From Thermoproteota archaeon (GTDB taxonomy: Archaea; Asgardarchaeota; Jordiarchaeia; Jordiarchaeales; Freyrarchaeaceae): a DNA stretch of 64,000 nt. Below are positions 10,212 to 19,944 of this stretch, one piece after another. The notes below the pieces were generated by a model. The model was not told where the DNA came from, did not search any database, and worked only from the letters and a program-made list of their open reading frames with translations. The stretch is from positions 64,001-128,000 of the forward strand of contig JAPDJY010000035.1 of assembly GCA_029258835.1 (NCBI GenBank), read 5' to 3'. The position numbers and the translations under genes were made by a program. Numbering within the stretch: position 1 is the stretch's first letter; every line of letters begins with the position of its first letter.

Positions 10212-10960
10212 CTGAAGAGGTCTCTTTCAGGAGGTATTACTAGGTCCTTGCCGCTTCCTTCTCCTTCAATGTACTTATACCCTCTTACAATGACTGCAGG
10301 GATCCCTTCGTCCGCCTGTCCCATAACCAGCTCGGCCGCCGATGCAATTTCATCTGCAACGGCCACAATGGTTGAACGTAAAGTGTAGCCAAAAAGATCC
10401 CGGTCTCCACGTCGATCCCAAAGTGGCTTCATACCGGCTACACCTAACGCTACATTTACTGCTCCCTCCCTGAAGGGGCGGCCGTGGGTGTCTGAAATTA
10501 TTACAGCTACGTTGGCGCCCGTAAGTTTCAAAACAGTGTTTCTGATCTTTCTTGCAGACTCGTCAGGGTCTGAGGGAAGCAACGTAACATGGCCTCCACC
10601 GGATACGTTAGACTCGTCTACTCCAGAGTTAGCACAGATGAAACCGTGCCGTGTCTCTGTGATTATAACATGACGCATTTTAACTATTCGTTTGGCTTCT
10701 CTTAAGATTACTTCAACTAACTGAGGGGGTTTATTCACTTGCCTACTTACTTCCACAGCAAAAGGTGAGGGGGTCACCTGAGATAAGTTAATTACTTGCC
10801 CCTCTGACTTAGACACTATAGACTGCGCGACTACAAGTACATCGCCGTCTTTTATTTGCAATCCCTGTCTTTTTGCAGCTTCAACAATCAACTTTCCTAT
10901 ATCATCGCCATGCTTTACTAGTGGAATACCCTTAATTCCGATTATTTCCACCCGGTCCAT
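10208..10960 (-). CDS. cofE: Coenzyme F420-0:L-glutamate ligase
   Basis: VSKSEG, ANSGVDESN, IISDTHGRPFREG and VADEIASAA motifs; start set at ATG 10960 (MDRVEIIG), not 11110. Confidence 0.95.
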   Translation of the reverse strand: MDRVEIIGIKGIPLVKHGDDIGKLIVEAAKRQGLQIKDGDVLVVAQSIVSKSEGQVINLSQVTPSPFAVEVSRQVNKPPQLVEVILREAKRIVKMRHVIITETRHGFICANSGVDESNVSGGGHVTLLPSDPDESARKIRNTVLKLTGANVAVIISDTHGRPFREGAVNVALGVAGMKPLWDRRGDRDLFGYTLRSTIVAVADEIASAAELVMGQADEGIPAVIVRGYKYIEGEGSGKDLVIPPERDLFR

Positions 10961-11115
10961 TTTCGAGAAACCTCTTCTTAACATTGCAGTTCCTCGGATC
11001 ACTCCCTTATTTGTCTCCTTAATTTTAAGAATGGGATTCAAAAAAGATGAAATTATTTCATGCGGCATTAATTTAAAACTGAGAAATGAAATTTTTATCC
11101 TGAGTTTCATATCAT

Positions 11116-11517
11116 CTATTCTTCAGGCTGTAATTCACCTTTAACTATTTTTGATATGATTTCCTTTTGAGCTTCTTTAACGGCTCCAAGAAAATTGAAG
11201 CCGCGCGTGTCAGCGCCTAGTTCATCAATGGCATCGCCAAAACTATGTGTATTTACTAGCGATATGACAATGTCTGTTATGTTATACCGCTTACCTTTAA
11301 AACGGACAAATATTTTACGAGACTCCCAGTCAACTTCAGCACCATAGAGTTTCCTCTGGAGATTTATAGCTTCAGCAATTGTGAGATTTGGATTTGAAGA
11401 CATAAGTTCATCAACAGAGGGGATCTTAACACCTTCGATGGAAAGTAAAGAATGTTGGATGAACATGCTTATAAGCCAGCACCGGTTAAAACGCCCTTTC
11501 CATACATTAGCCTGCAA
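11116..11517 (-). CDS. Hypothetical protein
   Basis: 133-aa ORF with protein-like composition, no recognised motif; start uncertain. Confidence 0.55.
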   Translation of the reverse strand: MQANVWKGRFNRCWLISMFIQHSLLSIEGVKIPSVDELMSSNPNLTIAEAINLQRKLYGAEVDWESRKIFVRFKGKRYNITDIVISLVNTHSFGDAIDELGADTRGFNFLGAVKEAQKEIISKIVKGELQPEE

Positions 11518-11632
11518 GGAACTAACCCCTTTTTAACAACGCCTATCCATGTTTCTAATAAATTTCCAAGGGAAGAAAATATAAAGATTAAGGTGACGTT
11601 TTCGTTTAACTCTACCTCAAAAGTAAACACGA

Positions 11633-11839
11633 CTAAAAGAAACCATTAAACATGTTATTAATGTAATTAAAGAAATTATTGGCGATTCCGCTTGACCAAT
11701 TAAATATAGTGAACATGACATTTAACATTATGGCTAATCCCAACATTGCCAAACCAATCAAGATCGCCTCTTCGACTATTGGTGAGGCTCGCTCGTCTTT
11801 TATGAAGCTCAAGAGAAACACCCCCTTTCTAGCCTTCAA
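11633..11839 (-). CDS. Small type IV/Flp-like prepilin
   Basis: Class III signal-peptide pattern FIKDERA/SPIVEEAILIGLAMLGL with Glu at +5, followed by a hydrophobic helix; 68 aa. Confidence 0.65.
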   Translation of the reverse strand: MKARKGVFLLSFIKDERASPIVEEAILIGLAMLGLAIMLNVMFTIFNWSSGIANNFFNYINNMFNGFF

Positions 11840-12084
11840 CTATTGAGATAACAAAAACATATTTAAAATAAACACTTTTAGTGGCGATGTGGGTGCTTGG
11901 TTTACGTGAAGAATTTCCTTGAGAATTTTTTATTAGGTTTAAAAGAGATGTCAACTTTATCATCTATATTATTGATAAAAATGACATTTAAAAAAATTAA
12001 AATAGTAGTAAATCCAAATAAGTATACTGAAAAATTAGAAAAAATTGCTTTATCTTGATAAGATCTTAAAAGGGGAGATGGGAA

Positions 12085-13230
12085 ATGGCTTATGAGGAAG
12101 AAATGATTGCCGCGAAACCTCTCGTACTAGATAATGGCACAGGATTAACAAAGAACGGATTTGCAGGGGAAGATCAACCCCGTTCAGTTTGGCCTACATG
12201 TATAGGATATCCAAAGTACACTTCAATAATGACCGATGTAGAACACCACACAAGGGAATACTACATAGGCGAGGAAGCTCTAAACCTTAGAGGTGTGCTG
12301 AGGCTTGTGTATCCTATCGAACACGGGATAGTTTCCGACTGGGATGCTATGGAGAAAATATGGCACTATACATTCTTCAATGATTTACGTGTCGACCCAT
12401 CGGAGCACCCAGTGCTTCTAACTGAGCCACCGTTAAACCCTAGGGAAAACAGGGAGAAAATGGCAGAGATAATGTTTGAAACATTTAATGTACCGGCGAT
12501 GTATGTTGCAATGCAAGCTGTCCTATCCCTCTACGCGTCCGGCAGAACTACTGGGCTTGTAGTCGACTCGGGTGATGGGGTCACGCACATAGTACCCATC
12601 TACGAGGGATTTGCTCTAACGCATGCAATCACCAGAATAGACCTAGCAGGGAGAGACATAACAGAATATTTGAGGAGGCTTCTAAGGCAGCGTGGGTACA
12701 GCTTTGTTTCAACAGCTGAAAGAGAAATTGTTAGGGACATTAAGGAGAAGCTCTGTTATGTGGCTTTAGACCCAGAAAAAGAGTTGAAGCTTGCAGAGAA
12801 AGTTTCAGGAATCGAGAAAACATATGTACTCCCTGATGGAGAAACAATTACAGTAGGTGCTGAAAGGTTCCTTGCTCCAGAGGTTTACTTTAACCCAGGA
12901 GTTATTGGGCTCGATGCCCCACCACTAGATGAGGTCATAGTGGACGCTGTCAGGAAATGCGACGTTGACTTAAGAAGAGAACTCTACGGAAACATAGTAC
13001 TTTCAGGCGGCTCGACAATGTTCCCAGGATTAAAGGAAAGATTACACAAGGAGTTATCAGAACTGGTTCCAGAAAATGTCGAAATTAAAATAATTGCTCC
13101 CCCAGAAAGACACTATAGTGTATGGATCGGCGGGTCAATCCTGGCGTCACTAAGAACATTCCAGAAAATGTGGGTTACAAGGAAGGAGTATGAGGAAGGC
13201 GGAAGCGCCGTCATACACAGATGCTTCTGA
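12085..13230 (+). CDS. Eukaryote-like actin (Asgard actin)
   Basis: [84 protein letters not shown] and C-terminal IHRCF. Confidence 0.98.
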   Translation: MAYEEEMIAAKPLVLDNGTGLTKNGFAGEDQPRSVWPTCIGYPKYTSIMTDVEHHTREYYIGEEALNLRGVLRLVYPIEHGIVSDWDAMEKIWHYTFFNDLRVDPSEHPVLLTEPPLNPRENREKMAEIMFETFNVPAMYVAMQAVLSLYASGRTTGLVVDSGDGVTHIVPIYEGFALTHAITRIDLAGRDITEYLRRLLRQRGYSFVSTAEREIVRDIKEKLCYVALDPEKELKLAEKVSGIEKTYVLPDGETITVGAERFLAPEVYFNPGVIGLDAPPLDEVIVDAVRKCDVDLRRELYGNIVLSGGSTMFPGLKERLHKELSELVPENVEIKIIAPPERHYSVWIGGSILASLRTFQKMWVTRKEYEEGGSAVIHRCF

Positions 13231-13394
13231 GCTGCGAATTACCGCCATTTCTCCCCATTTTTTAGAGCGATTTTCTTTAATAAATTTCCTTTAATAAACA
13301 CATTTAAAATATAAATTCTCAATTTTTCTTGGCAAAGTAAAACTTTAAGACAGGTTTTGCAGGGAATTCCTCAAGGGAATTAGGTGGCTTTAAC

Positions 13395-15014
13395 TTGAAA
13401 AAGCTCCTAGAAGTTAATACCATTAGAAAAGATAGACGGAAGGTAAAGCTTAGATTTGCATTATGCTACCCGAATACGTATATGGTAGGCATGTCATCTT
13501 TAGGCATACGTCTATTATATGCCCTTATAAATTTAAGAGAAGATGTAGCTTGTGAAAGATTTTTTTACGAGCCGGGGAAGGTGCCTCGAAGCGTTGAGTC
13601 AGGGTTTAAGTTATCTGAGTTTGAGGTAATAGGGGTTTCCCTTCAATTTGAGGAGGACTATGTAAGGTTCATCGAAATGATCCTCAATTCAGGGGTTCCA
13701 TTGAAAAGGTGGGAACGGGGAGAGAGGGACCCTATAGTCGTCGCTGGGGGGATCTGTGCTGTGGAAAACCCACAGCCATTATCAGATTTCGTTGACGTCT
13801 TCGTAATTGGAGATGGAGAAGCACTCATAGACCGGATATTGGACATTTGCATCGAAGAACGAGATAGAGAAACACGTATCGAAGCACTCTCAAACTTGGA
13901 AGGATTTTATGTTCCAGCTTATACGGAGGGGAAGGTTAAGAGAGTTTGGTGTAAAAACATTAATGAAATCTTTCATCCAACCAGTCAGGTGCTACCAGCA
14001 CGCGACAGTTCACCTGTTATGCCTGTTTTTGGTAGGTCTATTCTTCTTGAAGTTGCTAGAGGATGTGAAAAGGGCTGTAGATTTTGCTTAATAGGATTCT
14101 GTAATAGACCTAAACGCATTAGAAGCGGAAGAGTCCTTGAGGAAATTGTAGAGAGGGGAGTGAAGGAGAGTGCCACTAAGAAGGTAACTCTTATAGCGCC
14201 ATCCCTTTCAGAACACCCAAACATAACGGAATTGTGCTGGAACATGGTAAATTCCGGATTAGAAATATCGTTGCCTTCATTAAGCATAGACGTTATATCT
14301 GATGAGCTACTTAACGCATTGGTCAAAGGAGGACAAAGAACCGTAACCATAGCCCCCGAAACGGGAACAGAGGAGCTGCGAAAAAAGATTAATAAGCCAT
14401 TTTCCGATGATGAAATAATTTCTGCAGCTGACACCATATTAGAACAAAAATTGAATTTAAAAATGTATTTTATAGTTGGTTTGCCGTTTGAGAAGGAGGA
14501 GGACGTCGAAGGAATAGTGAAGATTGTTAGTAGGATTTCTAAATTAAGAAGGGGGACAAGTGTAAAAGTAAGTGTAAATCCGTTCGTGCCTAAACCTCAT
14601 ACGCCATTTGCATGGGCGCCTCAGCAGCCTCAAATGGTCCTTAAAGAAAAAATGAAGAAAGTACGTTCATTCTTAAGAAAAGAATCCGTTGTTTTTGAGG
14701 GAATGGACCCGCGGAAGGCAGCTATTGAGGCGATTTTATCCTTAGGAGGAAGAGAGTTAGGGGAAATAATAGAATTAGCAACGCTTTATGGAGGAGGATT
14801 CGGTGCATGGAGGCGGGCTTTAAGAGAAAAAACTACTAATTTAGAGGACTTGAGCAAGTTTAGGTCTATGGATGCAGAACAACCATGGGAAGTAATCGAC
14901 GTAGGAGTTAGCAGAAAATTTTTAATTAAGGAGTGGTATAAGGCGGTTGATGGTGTTCAAACATCGCCTTATAGTTGCTGTGATCAATGCGGGGTATGTT
15001 ACACTATAGACTGA
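13395..15014 (+). CDS. Radical SAM protein with B12-binding-like N-terminal domain
   Basis: YPNTY..GMSSLG, EVARGCEKGCRFC (CxxxCxxC), APETGTE, FVPKPHTPF and C-terminal CxxCGVC. Confidence 0.88.
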   Translation: MKKLLEVNTIRKDRRKVKLRFALCYPNTYMVGMSSLGIRLLYALINLREDVACERFFYEPGKVPRSVESGFKLSEFEVIGVSLQFEEDYVRFIEMILNSGVPLKRWERGERDPIVVAGGICAVENPQPLSDFVDVFVIGDGEALIDRILDICIEERDRETRIEALSNLEGFYVPAYTEGKVKRVWCKNINEIFHPTSQVLPARDSSPVMPVFGRSILLEVARGCEKGCRFCLIGFCNRPKRIRSGRVLEEIVERGVKESATKKVTLIAPSLSEHPNITELCWNMVNSGLEISLPSLSIDVISDELLNALVKGGQRTVTIAPETGTEELRKKINKPFSDDEIISAADTILEQKLNLKMYFIVGLPFEKEEDVEGIVKIVSRISKLRRGTSVKVSVNPFVPKPHTPFAWAPQQPQMVLKEKMKKVRSFLRKESVVFEGMDPRKAAIEAILSLGGRELGEIIELATLYGGGFGAWRRALREKTTNLEDLSKFRSMDAEQPWEVIDVGVSRKFLIKEWYKAVDGVQTSPYSCCDQCGVCYTID

Positions 15015-15124
15015 AGAAGCCACCCCTTCCTTTTTAAAAATCGAAACGAACGAGGGCTTTAAGCAAGTAAACATAATCTTTTTATTGTATTTCACAGAAA
15101 GTCTTTTGGGTAAGGGGAAGGTGA

Positions 15125-15463
15125 ATGAGGATTTGGGGGAGAGGAATGGAGTATAACATGAAGAAGTTAAGAGAGGAATTTCCTAATATCGCAAGGGAGC
15201 TTGAGAACAGAGAGGATATTAGAATACGAATAACAGGGGTTAGAACTTGCGAAATAAAGGACATAGATGTTGTAAGACTGATGAGAAGGTGCGACAAAGA
15301 GGAAGAGGCTATAGAGATCATCGAATACCTTACGAAGAGGGGAGAAATATCGAAAGAACATGCTGTCCGCATTCTTAAGCAACTTAAGGAAAAAGGATTA
15401 CGATCATTTGGAAGCAAAATAACTTGGGGTTTTTTCGAAAGAGAATATAGAAGAAATTTCTGA
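15125..15463 (+). CDS. DUF2095-like conserved archaeal protein
   Basis: FPNIARELE, RRCDKEEEAIEIIEYLTKRGEI and KGLRSFGSK motifs; true start may be the second Met. Confidence 0.75.
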   Translation: MRIWGRGMEYNMKKLREEFPNIARELENREDIRIRITGVRTCEIKDIDVVRLMRRCDKEEEAIEIIEYLTKRGEISKEHAVRILKQLKEKGLRSFGSKITWGFFEREYRRNF

Positions 15464-15630
15464 AAAATAGTAGAAGAAGGAACCTACTTAAGTTACTTTC
15501 ATTTTAATTAATTAAGTTGAATGAGAAGTTAGCTATCTAAAAAATAAATCAAGTTTTTAGGCCGTTTTTAATTAAATTTAGGAGGACTTTCTAGAGAATC
15601 TCTTTTAGAACGTAAAAGAGAGATGGGATA

Positions 15631-16842
15631 ATGGACATATTAATAGGGATTGTTGGGAAGCCAAATTCAGGCAAAACAACGTTCCTAAATGCTGCGAGCT
15701 TGACATCTTACAAGGTAGCGGACTACCCTTTCACAACGATAGATGCACAACAAGGAGTAGGCTACGTAAGGGTAAAATGTGTATGTGAGGAGTTAGGTGT
15801 GAAAGACAACCCACAAAACTCGATGTGCATAGAGGGCAATAGGTTTATACCAGTAAAGCTTTTGGACGTTGCAGGACTTGTCCCTGATGCATGGAAAGGA
15901 AGAGGACTTGGAAATCAGTTTCTTGACAGCCTTAGGAGAGCAGACGTCCTAATTCACGTTGTAGATGCATCTGGGTCATGTGACGCTGAAGGAAGGCCCG
16001 TAGAACCAGGATCGTGGAACCCTATGGATGACATTAAGTTTTTAGAGAGAGAAGTAGCAATGTGGTTTAAGCAGATAATAAGTAAAGACTGGCAGAGAAT
16101 TGTAAGACAGGTTGAGTCAGGTACTAAATCATTAGAAGAGATTCTTACAGAGAAACTGTCAGGTCTTGCAGTAAGACGCTACCATGTTAGAATGGCTGTT
16201 AAGTCTACTGGTTTTGACCCAACTAAGCCGAGCCGGTGGGGTGATGATGACCTTTACACGTTTTCCCACGAGCTCAGAAAAGTATCAAAGCCCATTTTGA
16301 TCTGTCTGAATAAAATAGACAGAAAGACAGCCAAAAAGAACATTGAAGCTTTTAAAAAAGAAAACATAAAATTTGTAGCAGCCAGCGCCCTCGCGGAGTA
16401 CTTCTTAAGAGTGCTAGCAAGAGACGATGTAATAAACTACCTTCCTGGCGATAACGATTTCGAAGTATTAAAGCCGCAAAAACTAACTGAAAAACAGAAA
16501 GAGGCGTTGGAGAAAATAAAAGAGGAAATACTTGACGTTTATGGTTCAACAGGCGTTCAAGACGCAATAAACAGAGCAGTTTTCGACGTTCTAGGCATGA
16601 TAACTGTTTATCCTGTAGAGGACATGAATAAATTTACAGATCATAAAGGAAATGTATTGCCAGATGCATTACTGGTCCCCAAGGGAACCACGGTAAGAGA
16701 GTTAGCGTATATGATACACACAGAGTTAGGAGAAACATTTATCTACGCTTTAGACGCCCGAACAAAACAGCGCCTTTCAGAGGAGCATAAATTAGAGGAT
16801 AAAAGCGTAATTAAAATCGTTTCAGCCAAAGCGTTAAGGTGA
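15631..16842 (+). CDS. ychF: YchF/Obg-family translation-associated NTPase with TGS domain
   Basis: GKPNSGKTT, YPFTTI, DVAGLVP, GRGLGNQFL and NKID motifs; C-terminal TGS domain. Confidence 0.93.
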   Translation: MDILIGIVGKPNSGKTTFLNAASLTSYKVADYPFTTIDAQQGVGYVRVKCVCEELGVKDNPQNSMCIEGNRFIPVKLLDVAGLVPDAWKGRGLGNQFLDSLRRADVLIHVVDASGSCDAEGRPVEPGSWNPMDDIKFLEREVAMWFKQIISKDWQRIVRQVESGTKSLEEILTEKLSGLAVRRYHVRMAVKSTGFDPTKPSRWGDDDLYTFSHELRKVSKPILICLNKIDRKTAKKNIEAFKKENIKFVAASALAEYFLRVLARDDVINYLPGDNDFEVLKPQKLTEKQKEALEKIKEEILDVYGSTGVQDAINRAVFDVLGMITVYPVEDMNKFTDHKGNVLPDALLVPKGTTVRELAYMIHTELGETFIYALDARTKQRLSEEHKLEDKSVIKIVSAKALR

Positions 16843-16869
16843 AGAGGAAAAGTAGTTAGGTGGTGAAGG

Positions 16870-17037
16870 ATGCGGAGAAAATGTCCTAAATGCGGAGGGG
16901 CAGGAAGGATCAAGTGTCCTGAATGCGGAGGGAGAGGAAACCTTGATCCATATAGTGGGCTAATTTGCAAGACTTGCTGGGGGACTGGACGGGTTTTATG
17001 CGATATGTGTAATGGAGAAGGAGTAATAATAGAATGA
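16870..17037 (+). CDS. Stand-alone DnaJ-type zinc-finger mini-protein (55 aa)
   Basis: Not in ORF track. MRRKCPKCGGAGRIKCPECGGRGNLDPYSGLICKTCWGTGRVLCDMCNGEGVIIE has four CxxCxGxG repeats; GGTGGTGA RBS upstream. Confidence 0.85.
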   Translation: MRRKCPKCGGAGRIKCPECGGRGNLDPYSGLICKTCWGTGRVLCDMCNGEGVIIE

Positions 17038-17242
17038 AAAGGAGAGTTTATCAGCTAATTTAGTTTAGCCACTCGATCCAATCTTAAGTGAAGCTTATCA
17101 CGTTTTACCATAGTTACAATCTGGATGGAATGAGAGAGCAGCTAAAATAACTACAGCCTCTTTTTATATCAGCCTTTAACTCGATTAAGAAACCGAGAAA
17201 CTTTTTAAATAAAATACTGCTCAATGAGTTAAGAAGTGCGAG

Positions 17243-18628
17243 GTGATGGAAGTGGTTAAGATAGTTATCATTGGGGCAGGTGCCGCAGGAACTACGGCGG
17301 GAATATGGGCTAGGAAAACTGACAGGAAAGCAGAGATAACATTAATAACTAGAGAGCCTTACCCAGAGTATTCCCGGTGCGGCCTTCCATACACGATCTC
17401 AAGGCGGATTCCAGAGTTCACGAACCTTATAACTCATGATGCAGGATGGTATTCACGTTTCGGAAAAATGAACCTGCTTCTTGAAACAGAGGCTGTCGAC
17501 GTGAACACCAGCGATAGGATGGTAACTATAAGAGACCTGAAAAGCGGACAGGAAAAAGAGCTTGAATATGATGCATTAGTGCTAGCCACAGGGTCAAAAC
17601 CTGCCTTTCCGCCTATAAAGGGTGTAGAGGGGAAAAACAACGTTTACTCGTTAAGGACAATAGACGATGCGAGGGCAATTCATGAAGCAGCAAAGAAAGG
17701 GAAAAACTGCGTCATAGTAGGGGCAGGGCTTATAGGAGTGGAAACTACGGAGGCATTAGTTGAGCTTGGAGTAAACGTAACGATCGTGGAATTCCTTCCG
17801 AGCGTTCTACCGTTAATGATCGACCAAGACGTGTCGGACATGATTCAGGGAGCGCTTGAAGAACATGGGGTGAGCGTTTATGTTAACACGGCAGTGACTG
17901 AACTTATAGGAGAGGAAAAAGCGGAAAAAGTTGTGATGAAAAACAGGGAGACAGGTGAAGAAACATCTGTTCCTGTAGACTTTGTCGTTATCTCTGCAGG
18001 TGTTAGACCTAATACAGAGCTAGCTGTGAAGGCAGGAGTTAAACTGGGCGATACGAAATACATAAAGGTGGATTCACGGGCAAGGACTAGCGTTGAGGGG
18101 ATATACGCTGCAGGAGACTGCACGGAGTATGTTGACTTCGTAACGGGACAACCTGTACCAATAGGAATGGGAACCATAGCGGTTAGGCAGGGTAAAGTAG
18201 CAGGTATTAATGCTGCTGGCGGAGACGCGACCATGCCTAAAGGAGTATTATTAACAAGGATAACAAAGGTGTTTGGTGTGGAAGTGGCGGCTGTTGGACC
18301 AATTACACGAAACTTAGAGCGTGCAGGTATAAAACCTGTAATAGGCAAAATGACGTACTCAAGCAAGCCGGAGTACATGCCAGGAGGTAAACCAATAAGG
18401 ATGAAGCTAATGGCGGACCAAGAGGGGCGAATATTAGGAGCTCAGATTGTCGGGTATGAAGATGTGCATCAGAAAATTAACGTTATAGCAGCAGCCATGC
18501 AGGCAGACATGAACGTGGAGGAATTAGAATGGCTTGAGACATGCTACGCACCTATAAGTTGCCCAACATGGGACATAATAACCCTGACCGCAGAACCCAT
18601 AGTAAAAAAATTACGGAGAAAGAAGTGA
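17243..18628 (+). CDS. FAD-dependent NAD(P)H oxidase / CoA-disulfide reductase family protein
   Basis: GAGAAG, YSRCGLPY redox Cys, ATGS, GAGLIGVE, YAAGDC and CYAP motifs. Confidence 0.9.
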   Translation: MMEVVKIVIIGAGAAGTTAGIWARKTDRKAEITLITREPYPEYSRCGLPYTISRRIPEFTNLITHDAGWYSRFGKMNLLLETEAVDVNTSDRMVTIRDLKSGQEKELEYDALVLATGSKPAFPPIKGVEGKNNVYSLRTIDDARAIHEAAKKGKNCVIVGAGLIGVETTEALVELGVNVTIVEFLPSVLPLMIDQDVSDMIQGALEEHGVSVYVNTAVTELIGEEKAEKVVMKNRETGEETSVPVDFVVISAGVRPNTELAVKAGVKLGDTKYIKVDSRARTSVEGIYAAGDCTEYVDFVTGQPVPIGMGTIAVRQGKVAGINAAGGDATMPKGVLLTRITKVFGVEVAAVGPITRNLERAGIKPVIGKMTYSSKPEYMPGGKPIRMKLMADQEGRILGAQIVGYEDVHQKINVIAAAMQADMNVEELEWLETCYAPISCPTWDIITLTAEPIVKKLRRKK

Positions 18629-18695
18629 GAGCAGGTGGCTTGAACCCTCTAATTTGATTTCTCTAATTTTTACGGTGTGCCATTTCAGCGTTGCG

Positions 18696-19787
18696 TTAAG
18701 TATCTTTAAGGTACGAGTTGACTTCTCTAGGGTTAAATACCTCGCATTCTAAAACGTTTCTTATGAAGTTTAGCAGTTTCCTCCTTGTTTTGGGTGTTAG
18801 AGTTGGATACCATTGAGGGTGCGATATTACAGCTCCTCTCCAAGCGTAAAATGGTTGAACAACTTTAAGGAGTTCTTCGTCTCCTGTCTTGTCGAGGTAA
18901 TTTTCGTAAAACAACTCAAATAATTGCTTAAATGGCCCTGTAAGCTCGCCGAACGTGATAACACTGAAGAAGAAGTAGTTTATTGACATAGATGTTACGT
19001 CGTCCGCCGGCTCACCCCACTCTCCCCTACTTCTATCTAGAAGAGTGAAGTCTGTTCCTTCCCTGAAAAGTACATTCCAAGGGTGGTAGTCGCCATGTAC
19101 AACACTTAACCTGTGTGTGAACTTTTTTAGTTTCCACCGCCACTCAACACACTTTTTCTCTATTTTAATGAGGTCCTCCGTGGTGGCGTATTCTGGACTT
19201 GGCATATAGGTGTCAAGCAGGCCCATGAGCCCTTCCCCATGCCCTACAAGGTCTCTAACCCTTCTTATGTAAAGGTTCGGCTCGTTTCTTTTAACCTTAT
19301 GAATTTCAACTAAGTAGTCTGAAAGGGCTCGTGCTCTTTCAATGTCTATTTGCTTCAGTTTTTTTTCCTCAGAAATCCTGTCGAGGTCTATTTTGTAAAG
19401 TGTTCCCTCAGCGTATTCCATAAGAACGAAGAATTCCTCAACATCGCCAACTGATATTAAGCGTCCATCGCTTGTTACTCCTCCACAGTCGAAGGATTTC
19501 ACATGTTTGGGAAGTTTATTATATGTTTTATGGGCAAGAAGTACTACCTGAGCGCGGTCAGGCATGTATTCGTGGCCATAAGGCCCAGGTGCAACAAAAT
19601 TCATGACAAACTTTCTCAGGCGTCCTCCAATCTCTGCCTCTATAAGCTGAGGAGTCCCGTATCCAACCTCCTTAATGTCCTCTCCCTCTCCACCAATCCG
19701 GCGTACATCCTTAACTCTAACTGCTTCTTTAAAAACGCCCTTTAGGTAACGTTCAAGCTCTTCCATCGCCAAAGACAAGAAAACCAC
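18696..19787 (-). CDS. Aminoglycoside phosphotransferase-like kinase
   Basis: VHGDYHPWNVLF Brenner motif and LLDRSRGEWGEPADD. Confidence 0.85.
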   Translation of the reverse strand: MVFLSLAMEELERYLKGVFKEAVRVKDVRRIGGEGEDIKEVGYGTPQLIEAEIGGRLRKFVMNFVAPGPYGHEYMPDRAQVVLLAHKTYNKLPKHVKSFDCGGVTSDGRLISVGDVEEFFVLMEYAEGTLYKIDLDRISEEKKLKQIDIERARALSDYLVEIHKVKRNEPNLYIRRVRDLVGHGEGLMGLLDTYMPSPEYATTEDLIKIEKKCVEWRWKLKKFTHRLSVVHGDYHPWNVLFREGTDFTLLDRSRGEWGEPADDVTSMSINYFFFSVITFGELTGPFKQLFELFYENYLDKTGDEELLKVVQPFYAWRGAVISHPQWYPTLTPKTRRKLLNFIRNVLECEVFNPREVNSYLKDT

Positions 19788-19944
19788 CTCCCACAGAGAA
19801 TTTACACGGCAACCATGCTTTAAGTCAAGAGGGACAGTTTAAGTTTTCGCTTCCTAAACTTCAAAAGAAAGTAAAAGTTAATAATTAAACTTAGGTGGTT
19901 TTTCGGTTCCTCGCTTGAGCAAGCAGAGAAGGGGATGATTACAT

